Source: an uncultured Thermoanaerobaculia bacterium
GTDB taxonomy: Bacteria; Acidobacteriota; Thermoanaerobaculia; Gp7-AA8
Assembly (NCBI GenBank): GCA_964650405.1
Contig: CAZYTO010000001.1
Span: forward strand, 4,268-68,267
Direction of reading: 5' to 3'
DNA: 64,000 nucleotides
Position numbers and translations under genes: made by a program. The notes beneath the pieces were generated by a model. It had not been told where the DNA came from and did no database searches. It saw only the letters and a list, made by a program, of their open reading frames with translations. Positions 46,717 through 53,689 of this stretch are shown in pieces. Position 1 is the stretch's first letter. Each line of letters opens with the position of its first letter.

Positions 46717-47187
46717 GTGATCATGGACAAGCACAACCGCTTCCATACGCCGGCGATCTACAACCTCGAGCGGCTGGACTGGCTGGTAATCGGTGCCGTA
46801 GCCCTCATCCTGCTGTGCGTGGAGCGGCATGAGGTGCGGTGGTGGCCTTTCGTCATTGCCTTCGCGTTTCCCGACGTCATCGGGACGTTCCCCGGCCTCT
46901 ACTGCTATTACGGGCGGCGCAACGGCGCGCATCGCTCCATTCCCGGCGTCATTCACCAGCTCTACAACTTCGGACACTCGTTCGCCACGCTCGGCCTGTT
47001 CTGTGCCGGCTGGTTCCTGGTGACGCGCCGCTTCGAATGGTGGATGCTGGCGTTCCCCATCCATCTCGCGGGCGACCGGTCGATCTTCGGCAACATCTAC
47101 AAGCCATTCGGCACGGCCTTCGAGCCGGTGCCCCACGACGCCTTCGTCCGCTTCGAGCGCGAGTACCGCGCCGCCGGCACCTGGTGA
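46717..47187 (+). CDS. Small integral membrane protein (156 aa, ~4 TM), hypothetical
   Basis: Hydrophobic segments WLVIGAVALILLCV, WWPFVIAFAFPDVIGTF, FATLGLFCAGWFLV, WWMLAFPIHLAG. Tightly spaced within the operon. Confidence 0.5.
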   Translation: MIMDKHNRFHTPAIYNLERLDWLVIGAVALILLCVERHEVRWWPFVIAFAFPDVIGTFPGLYCYYGRRNGAHRSIPGVIHQLYNFGHSFATLGLFCAGWFLVTRRFEWWMLAFPIHLAGDRSIFGNIYKPFGTAFEPVPHDAFVRFEREYRAAGTW

Positions 47188-47198
47188 GGAGGACGCTC

Positions 47199-48155
47199 AT
47201 GACTGCCATCCCGAAGGAAGCGGACTGGAACGAGGCGCCCGGCCTGATCGAAGGCGCCAGCCGCCTCGAGCTGACCGCGCGCGATTGCCATCTCGACTAT
47301 TGGCTGACGGCCGTGCCGCAGGGCACGCTGCGCGGAACCGTTCACGGGCACTCGCCGCAGGCGCGCATCCCCGACTACATGCTGCGCGAAGGGCCGCTGC
47401 GGGCAGCCATCATGAACGAGTTCGCCTTCCGGGCCATCGCCGAGGAGAAGGCCACACGCGCCATCACCTACATCGTGGCCAGCGCGCCCGACGTCTGGTC
47501 CATGGAGTTCTTCGTCACCCAGCTCGTTGACGAGGCACGCCACTCGCGCGTGCTCCGCGACCACCTCGTGGAACCCGGCGTAACGGAGGACGAGCTGTTC
47601 CCGCCGAACGAGCGCATTGCTGGCGACGACGTCCGCGCCACCCTGGCGCCGCTCGAAGACTTCGCCCTGCCGATGATCCGCGACGATCGCGACTTCATCG
47701 CCGGAGTGGTCATCCTGACCATTCTCGTGGAAGGCGTTCTGGCACCGGCCGCGGAGCTGTCGCACTGCAAGTGGCGGCTCCTCGATCCCGCCGCGGCGGA
47801 GATCGAACGGGGAGCCAACATCGACGAGATCCGCCACCTCACGGTGGGCAGCGCGATCGTCCGCGAGTACCTGCTTGCGCATCCCGGCGAGAAGGCGCAC
47901 GTCCTCGAGATCATCACGCGGGGGCGGGCTCTGTGGGCCGCCCTCCCGGCCTCGGAGGTGATCTTCAAACGCGAGATCCTCTTCCAGCAGGGACTGGAGG
48001 AGCACGCTGCCGTAGCCGGCGACTACGAGGTCTGGCCGGGGCGGCGCCTCGTGGATACTACGCCGGAAGAGCGCCTGATGACCGCGCACACGTGGTCGGC
48101 GGAGATGCAGAACAGCCGCCTGCGCTATATGGGATTGCCGGAGGCCATTCCGTGA
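47199..48155 (+). CDS. Ferritin-like non-haem di-iron carboxylate protein (putative oxygenase/oxidase)
   Basis: RBS GAGGAGG precedes ATG 47199. Two E...ExxH pairs: EFAFRAIAEE / QLVDEARH, and ILVEGVLAPAAE / NIDEIRH. This is the 4-helix-bundle di-iron ligand pattern found in AurF-, ADO- and UndA-like enzymes. Confidence 0.6.
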   Translation: MTAIPKEADWNEAPGLIEGASRLELTARDCHLDYWLTAVPQGTLRGTVHGHSPQARIPDYMLREGPLRAAIMNEFAFRAIAEEKATRAITYIVASAPDVWSMEFFVTQLVDEARHSRVLRDHLVEPGVTEDELFPPNERIAGDDVRATLAPLEDFALPMIRDDRDFIAGVVILTILVEGVLAPAAELSHCKWRLLDPAAAEIERGANIDEIRHLTVGSAIVREYLLAHPGEKAHVLEIITRGRALWAALPASEVIFKREILFQQGLEEHAAVAGDYEVWPGRRLVDTTPEERLMTAHTWSAEMQNSRLRYMGLPEAIP

Positions 48156-49186
48156 TGCCGGCGAGCGATGCACCGGCTTCCGAGCGCCTGGCCGCGGTCG
48201 TGCGCCGCGGGCTGCGGCTCGACGAAGGCGCGGCCGTATCTCTACGGGAGGTCGGAGAGCTCGCCAACATCAATTACGTCTATCGCGTCGAAGTGCCGGG
48301 CCGCAGCCTCTACCTCAAGGTCGTGCCCGAAAAGCCGAAGCGTCTTCCGGTACGCCTCCCGCGGGAGCGTGTCTTTTCCGAGGCGGAGGCCATCCGCCGT
48401 TTCGGCGCACTGGCGGGAGGGCGCGTTCGCATCCCCGAGGTGCTGTTCGTCGACGAAGAGGAGATGGCCCTCGGCATGACCGACGTGGGCGAAGGGCGGC
48501 ACGTGCTCTTCGAGGTGTTGCCCGACGGCTTCGAGCTGCTGAGCGAAGCCGCGGAAGCGCTGGGACTGGCTCTCGGGACGATTCATCGCGGCACGCGGGC
48601 AGGCGGCAGCCTGAGGCCCGCTGCGGAAGAGGCGGTGATTCGCAGGATCGTCTTCGACGGTCTGCTCGCGCCGGGTGCCATGCACATCTTTCCCGAGGCG
48701 TGGCCCGACGTGCTGGCCGAGATGCAGGCCTTTCGCGAGTGCCTCATCCACGCCGACCTCTGGAGTAAGAACCTCCTCGTCCGCGCGGGCGAGCCCGTGG
48801 CCATCGTCGATTTCGAAGGTGTCTGCTACGGCGATCCCGCTTTCGACCTCGGCACGCTGACGGCGGTGGCGGTGTTGCCGGCACTGGAACGGCCGGCGTT
48901 GGCAGGAGAGGCGCTGGGGTTTGTGACGCGCCTGCTGCGGAGCTGGGCGATGACCGCCGGCGCCGACGCCTGGTACCCGGCCGTGCAGCGGCGGACGTTC
49001 CGCGCCACGGCGACGTTCCTCGCCGCTCGGGGCTTCGGTCCGTTCGCCTACGACCTGAGCGACGAGGCAAAGCAGCGGATCGCCCAGCTCGGGCGCGCGC
49101 TGGCCACGAGCCCGCCGCCGGACTTCGCCGGCTTTCGCGATCTCGTCCTCCGGTATGCAGCCGTGACCGCCGAGGCGCGCTCGTGA
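48155..49186 (+). CDS. Aminoglycoside-phosphotransferase/choline-kinase-like (APH-fold) kinase
   Basis: Catalytic-loop HADLWSKNLL and metal-binding IVDFE motifs. ATG overlaps the previous stop (TGATG). Confidence 0.75.
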   Translation: MPASDAPASERLAAVVRRGLRLDEGAAVSLREVGELANINYVYRVEVPGRSLYLKVVPEKPKRLPVRLPRERVFSEAEAIRRFGALAGGRVRIPEVLFVDEEEMALGMTDVGEGRHVLFEVLPDGFELLSEAAEALGLALGTIHRGTRAGGSLRPAAEEAVIRRIVFDGLLAPGAMHIFPEAWPDVLAEMQAFRECLIHADLWSKNLLVRAGEPVAIVDFEGVCYGDPAFDLGTLTAVAVLPALERPALAGEALGFVTRLLRSWAMTAGADAWYPAVQRRTFRATATFLAARGFGPFAYDLSDEAKQRIAQLGRALATSPPPDFAGFRDLVLRYAAVTAEARS

Positions 49187-50331
49187 TGCGCAGCCGGGTC
49201 TACGACTCGATCGACGACATCGGCGCGGCCCGGCTTGCGCCGCTGTCCACCGGCCTCGATTTCTCCTACGGCCTGCTGCGGGCTATGGAGCGCTCGATCT
49301 GGGGCGACCTCGCCGTCCGCTACCTGGCCGTCGAGGATGACGACGGCACCCTGCTCCTCTTCACGCCCGTCTATGCCGGCAGTAATCTCAATTTCAACGC
49401 GCTGCTGCCGAAGGCCATCCAGAAGGGGTATGGCGCGCTTGTTCGCGCGGTGGGGCAGGCCATGGCCACCCGCGTGGCCGTCGTCGGCTGCCTCATCTCC
49501 GATCGAGGCTGGATCCCGATGCATCCGGAGCTGCGGGATCGCGCCGCGGCATTGCGCCTGATGTTGCAGGACCTCGACGTCGTGGCGAAGCAGCACCATG
49601 CCCAACTGGCCATGCTCAAGGACATCCATCGCGACTTTCCGGAGGAAGACCGCGCCGTCCTGCGCGCCGGCGGATACCTGGAGGGCTTCTCCCTCCCCAC
49701 CATCCGCATCAACACGGCCTATCCGTCGTTCGAGGACTTCCTGGCGAAGCAGTTGACGAAGAACGGCCGCAAACATGCGCGCAAGCAGTTTCACCGGGCC
49801 GAGGGCGTCTTCGAGCTGCGGGCCATCGCCGATTTCGAGGAGATGGTGCCCCGCGTCTTTCCGCTGCACCGGGCGGTGTTCCTGAAGGCGAAGTACCAGT
49901 TCGAGGAGCTGCCGCCGCGCTTCTTCGTCGAGTGCGCCCGGTCGCAGACTCCGAAGACGGAGCTGATCGTCTGCGAGCGGGTGGCTGACCGGCGCATTGT
50001 CGGTTCGCTGATGATCTTCTACGACGACCACGAACAGCAGAACAAGCGGATCGGCATCGACTACAGCATCGAAGAGAGTGGTCTGGTCTACAACCTGCTC
50101 AACTACACCGGCATCCAGCGCGCCATCGCCCGCGGCATCCGGACGCTCTGGCTCGGCCAGAGCTCCTACGTCCCCAAGACGCGCCTCGGCGGTGAGCTCG
50201 ACGACCAGTACCTGCTGATCAAGGCGTACGACCCGCTCCTGAAGCCGACCCTGCCGCTGCAGAAGTGGTGGATGTCCCGCTACTCCGCGGCCAACATCCT
50301 CGCCGGCGTCGAACAAGGGGTGTCGCTGTGA
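49183..50331 (+). CDS. FemXAB/BioF2-like GNAT-fold acyl/aminoacyl transferase
   Basis: 382 aa with two tandem GNAT-like halves. It resembles the Acetyltransf_6 / FemAB family that includes tRNA-dependent aminoacyl transferases. ATGA overlap with the kinase gene. Confidence 0.6.
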   Translation: MMRSRVYDSIDDIGAARLAPLSTGLDFSYGLLRAMERSIWGDLAVRYLAVEDDDGTLLLFTPVYAGSNLNFNALLPKAIQKGYGALVRAVGQAMATRVAVVGCLISDRGWIPMHPELRDRAAALRLMLQDLDVVAKQHHAQLAMLKDIHRDFPEEDRAVLRAGGYLEGFSLPTIRINTAYPSFEDFLAKQLTKNGRKHARKQFHRAEGVFELRAIADFEEMVPRVFPLHRAVFLKAKYQFEELPPRFFVECARSQTPKTELIVCERVADRRIVGSLMIFYDDHEQQNKRIGIDYSIEESGLVYNLLNYTGIQRAIARGIRTLWLGQSSYVPKTRLGGELDDQYLLIKAYDPLLKPTLPLQKWWMSRYSAANILAGVEQGVSL

Positions 50332-51374
50332 CCCGGGTCGTGCTGACGGGCGCCGCGACGATGACGGGCTTCGAGGTGCTGAAGTCGCTGCTCGAGTGCC
50401 ACGAGGTGACGTCCATCCGGCTGCTGCTGCCGGCAGGAGCATCCGGCCGCGTCGGCACGCTCCTCGGAGGGCTCCCTGCCTCGGTGCAGGTCACGGAGGC
50501 GCGGATTGATCTGCTGCAGTTCGGGTTGCCGCTCGCGGCGCTGGAGGAGCTTGCCGCGTCGTCGGACGTGGCCGTTCACTGTGCACAGCGCGAGAGGCCC
50601 GATCAGGATCTCGAACGGGCGCGGGAGGTGAACGTCCTGCCGGTCGTTACGTGGATCGCGCTGCTGGAGCGGCACCCGGCCTTGCGCCTGCACCACCTCT
50701 CGTCGGCGCTCGTCGGCGGCGACCGGAAAGGCCTCTTCACGGAGTTCGACCTCGACTGCGGCCAGGGTTTTCACAATGCCTGGGAGCGCAGCAAGTTCGA
50801 GGCTGAGGTGCGGCTGCGCGGATCGAGCGTGAGCGACCGGGTGACGATGTATCGCCCCAGCCATACGCTGGCCCGGCTGCCGGCCATGGAGCTCGGCGGC
50901 GCCTCACCGCTGCTGGCGACGCTCGCCGCGGCCTCGCTGCTGCCCGGAGACCCCAAAGCACGGCTCGACTTCGTCCCTGCCGACTACGTGGCCGGCGCGA
51001 TGGTGGCGCTGCTGCGCAAGGAAGCGGAAGGAACGTTCCACATCGCCTGCGGCTGGAACGATTCGCTGCCGGTGACGCAGGCCGCCGCGCTGGCCGCTCA
51101 AGGCCGCGGGCGGGCCCGGGGCGCGTTCGTGCTGCCGCGCATCGCTTCCTGGCCGCAGAGCGTGTTCGGAGCGGCCGCGCCGAACGGGCTGTCGACGCGG
51201 CGCCTGGCGTTCGCCACGGCACGCGACCTCCTCCACCAGGGGCCGGTATTCGACACGTTCCGCGCGGAGGGCGCGCTCGACATCCCCTGCCCGGCGCCCG
51301 AAAGCTGGCTCGCCGATGCGGTCCGCCTCGGCGAATCGCAGCACTGGCACAGAGCCAGTCGCGTCGTTCGCTGA
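50328..51374 (+). CDS. Stand-alone thioester reductase (NRPS R-domain-like extended SDR, NAD_binding_4)
   Basis: GTG start overlapping the previous stop (GTGA). TGAATMTGFEV nucleotide-binding loop and catalytic Y..SK (HNAWERSKFEAE), as in carboxylic-acid reductase / NRPS terminal reductase domains that release aldehydes from carrier proteins. Confidence 0.75.
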   Translation: MTRVVLTGAATMTGFEVLKSLLECHEVTSIRLLLPAGASGRVGTLLGGLPASVQVTEARIDLLQFGLPLAALEELAASSDVAVHCAQRERPDQDLERAREVNVLPVVTWIALLERHPALRLHHLSSALVGGDRKGLFTEFDLDCGQGFHNAWERSKFEAEVRLRGSSVSDRVTMYRPSHTLARLPAMELGGASPLLATLAAASLLPGDPKARLDFVPADYVAGAMVALLRKEAEGTFHIACGWNDSLPVTQAAALAAQGRGRARGAFVLPRIASWPQSVFGAAAPNGLSTRRLAFATARDLLHQGPVFDTFRAEGALDIPCPAPESWLADAVRLGESQHWHRASRVVR

Positions 51375-51434
51375 ATCTTTTATCCGCTTGTTTGCTGTCC
51401 GCAAACAACGAACAACGGACAACGAACAACGGAG

Positions 51435-52076
51435 TCACCAGAGCAACGGCACCAGCGCCCGCACCTCGCGCCGGTAGGTTGTGTACGCGTCGCCGAGGCG
51501 GCCGATCATCTCAGCTTCTTCATAGCGGATGCGGCGGACGTAGGCGAAGAGCTGGAAGACCAGCGAGAGCGCGGCCCCGATCCAGGCGTGGAGAAACAGC
51601 AGCGTCCCCACGAACAGCAGCAGCGCGCCGCCGTACGCGGGGTGGCGGATGAAGCGGAACGGCCCTGTGCGGATGACCTGGTGGTCGTCGTACACAGTGA
51701 TGAACCAGGTGAAGTAGCGGCCGAGCGTGCGCACGGCCCAAACGCGCAGACTGAGACCGGCCAGCATCAGGGCGGCCGCGATCGTGGTGACAGCGTCCCA
51801 GTCGAAGCTGGCGGGGTAGCGCAGGTACAGCGCCTCCAGCACGCCGGCGAGCTGGGTGAGGTAGACGGACCAGACGATCTGCGCGGCCGTGCCGCGGTCG
51901 CGGGGAGGGGCAGCCGCGTCGATCGGCTTGTAGACCGGCTGGAAGATGGAGATGGCCATGGCCACGGCCACCAGGATCCAGAGCTGCGGATGGAGCAGCG
52001 CCCGCGGCTGTCCCGCGGCGGGCAGGATGTAGAACGCGGCCGCGGCGATGAGCGCCGTGAGGACCTTGCGGATCAT
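51435..52076 (-). CDS. Isoprenylcysteine carboxyl methyltransferase / phospholipid methyltransferase-family membrane protein
   Basis: 213 aa, multi-TM, with RHPAYGG and EE...L motifs. ATG at 52074-52076. The longer listed ORF upstream is Arg/Pro-rich read-through. Confidence 0.8.
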   Translation of the reverse strand: MIRKVLTALIAAAAFYILPAAGQPRALLHPQLWILVAVAMAISIFQPVYKPIDAAAPPRDRGTAAQIVWSVYLTQLAGVLEALYLRYPASFDWDAVTTIAAALMLAGLSLRVWAVRTLGRYFTWFITVYDDHQVIRTGPFRFIRHPAYGGALLLFVGTLLFLHAWIGAALSLVFQLFAYVRRIRYEEAEMIGRLGDAYTTYRREVRALVPLLW

Positions 52077-52651
52077 CCGTGACCCGGGTCCGCGAGCTCC
52101 ACGAGCCCCTTCGACTGCCGGGCCGCGGCCTTCTGGATGTCGCGGAGGATGCGCAGGTGGTGGCGATGGTGGATGTCGAGGAAGAAGAACCACTGGCGCG
52201 AGGTGAGGTACTTCATCCGCGGGTGCATGCTCTTGCCGGTTGCCGCGCGGACGCGGCCGAGGTCCCAGTCGTTGTCGGCGAGCCGGCGGTGCAGCCGCGT
52301 CTTCAGCGGCTGGATCTCGACCAGGGAGCCCGTTCCCGGGACGAGGGGCGGAATGGTCGGGAACAGCTTGCGGGGGATGCGGCCCGTCACCATGAGACTG
52401 CGGCCGAGGAAGCTCGGCTGGTCGCGCTCGTGCCCGCCGCCGAGCGACTCGTCGAGGCGGTCGAAGACCCAGTGCGTAGCGAGGTAGAGGTGCTCGAGCT
52501 GCTGGCCATACGTCCAGTGACTGACCTCGGGAACGTGCAGGGTGAGGTCGCGCCGGCAATGCTCGGCCAGCTCCGCCGCGAAGCGGGGAGCGGCATGGAG
52601 CCGGCCCTCGCCGTCGAGCGATCCCCACAGCCGGTGCACTGCTCGTGTCAT
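52073..52651 (-). CDS. DinB/YfiT-like putative metalloenzyme
   Basis: 192 aa, with RBS AGGAGAG upstream of ATG 52651. Motifs WTYGQQLEHLYLATHWVFDRL and FLDIHHRHHLRILRDI fit the DinB_2 His-triad pattern. Its stop overlaps the ICMT start (ATGA). Confidence 0.5.
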   Translation of the reverse strand: MTRAVHRLWGSLDGEGRLHAAPRFAAELAEHCRRDLTLHVPEVSHWTYGQQLEHLYLATHWVFDRLDESLGGGHERDQPSFLGRSLMVTGRIPRKLFPTIPPLVPGTGSLVEIQPLKTRLHRRLADNDWDLGRVRAATGKSMHPRMKYLTSRQWFFFLDIHHRHHLRILRDIQKAAARQSKGLVELADPGHG

Positions 52652-52821
52652 GCGATCCACGGTTGTCTCTCCTGACTTAGGGCTCGGGTTAGTGGCGCGA
52701 GCGGGTGATGGCGAGCGGTGAACGGAAAGGGCGAGCGGCGAGCGGGAGTGCGCCGGCGAACGGAACGTAGGGGTATCCCGCTCGCCGTTGCCGCCTCCCG
52801 CTCGCCCTCGGACCAACTGAA

Positions 52822-53295
52822 TCAACGCCCAAACGAGAATGGATTGAAGATCACCCGGAAGCCTCGCCGCACGTTCTTCGTGCCGATCTGGCGGGCGAAT
52901 GCTCTCGGCGCTTTGCCGGCCTTGCGGGCGGCATCACTGAAGCCGCGGGCGGCATTGCGGAGGGAATCGCGGACCAGTCCGTCGCGCCGCTTGCGGGCGG
53001 AGCGTTTGCTGCGCTTCCTGAAGGTGTCGAAGCCTTCGGCGAACGAATTCGCGGCCCGGTAAACAGCGCGCGACGCGCCGAGGACCAGCTTCTGGAATGG
53101 CTTCGTACCCTTCGTGTAGCGGCGTTTCTTGCCCTTCTTCTTCGTGCGGCTGAAGTAGACCGGAGCGCCGGCCTGCTGCTGCGTCTCCTGGGCGGTGTAG
53201 CTCACGGGCGGTGTTCCTTCGCTTCCTGTGGCGCTGGTCCTGGTCTCGGGCTGGTCGGTGCCGCCCTTGGTGCCTCGTGTGGTGTCAGTTGCCAT
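52822..53295 (-). CDS. Hypothetical Lys/Arg-rich protein (157 aa)
   Basis: RBS AGGAGG then ATG at 53293-53295 (MATDTTRGTKGG...). Contains ..PVYFSRTKKKGKKRRYTKG.. Confidence 0.45.
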   Translation of the reverse strand: MATDTTRGTKGGTDQPETRTSATGSEGTPPVSYTAQETQQQAGAPVYFSRTKKKGKKRRYTKGTKPFQKLVLGASRAVYRAANSFAEGFDTFRKRSKRSARKRRDGLVRDSLRNAARGFSDAARKAGKAPRAFARQIGTKNVRRGFRVIFNPFSFGR

Positions 53296-53360
53296 GTCCT
53301 GCCTCCTCGTTGTCCGGCTTGGGGTTGTCCGGCTCCTGGGGGTTCGCGTGTCGGTGACGG

Positions 53361-53603
53361 TCAGAAGATCGATGGAAGGATGCCGCTGCTTCGCTTTCCG
53401 CGTCTGCGCTTCTTGCGGTAGACGAGGACGACCGGGACGAACTGTTTGCCTTCGGCCTGGTCGCCGAGCGACGTCGTCACTTCGGCCACGGCGTCCTGGA
53501 CGTCCGTCACGATCGGTCCGCATCCCTTCTCGAGATCGCGGAGCTTTCTCCGGGTGGTCTTGCCGGCGTCGATGACGATCGGCGCGCTCACGATTGCTCC
53601 CAT
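53361..53603 (-). CDS. Hypothetical small basic protein (80 aa)
   Basis: RBS GAGGAGG upstream. MGAIVSAPIVIDAGKTTRRKLRDLEKG...VPVVLVYRKKRRRGKRSSGILPSIF. Shares a V-x-V/F-Y/S-R-K/T-K-K/R-R/K-GK-R/K motif with the adjacent 157-aa protein. Confidence 0.45.
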   Translation of the reverse strand: MGAIVSAPIVIDAGKTTRRKLRDLEKGCGPIVTDVQDAVAEVTTSLGDQAEGKQFVPVVLVYRKKRRRGKRSSGILPSIF

Positions 53604-53689
53604 GCCTTGCCTCCTCGATTGCGTCAGTGTTCCGTCTCTTCACGTATGGATAGAAGGAAAGCTATACCAAAGGACGGCGATATGTCAAT

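Noticed and set aside
51435-52628. 397-aa annotation of the ICMT-like gene
   Set aside because: The N-terminal 184 residues are Arg/Pro-rich and overlap the DinB-like gene. The hydrophobic methyltransferase begins at the ATG at 52076, which is coupled to the upstream stop.
52822-53643. 273-aa version of the basic-protein ORF
   Set aside because: The upstream extension is an Arg-rich translation of GC-rich DNA that overlaps the separate 80-aa gene region. An RBS-supported ATG lies at 53295.
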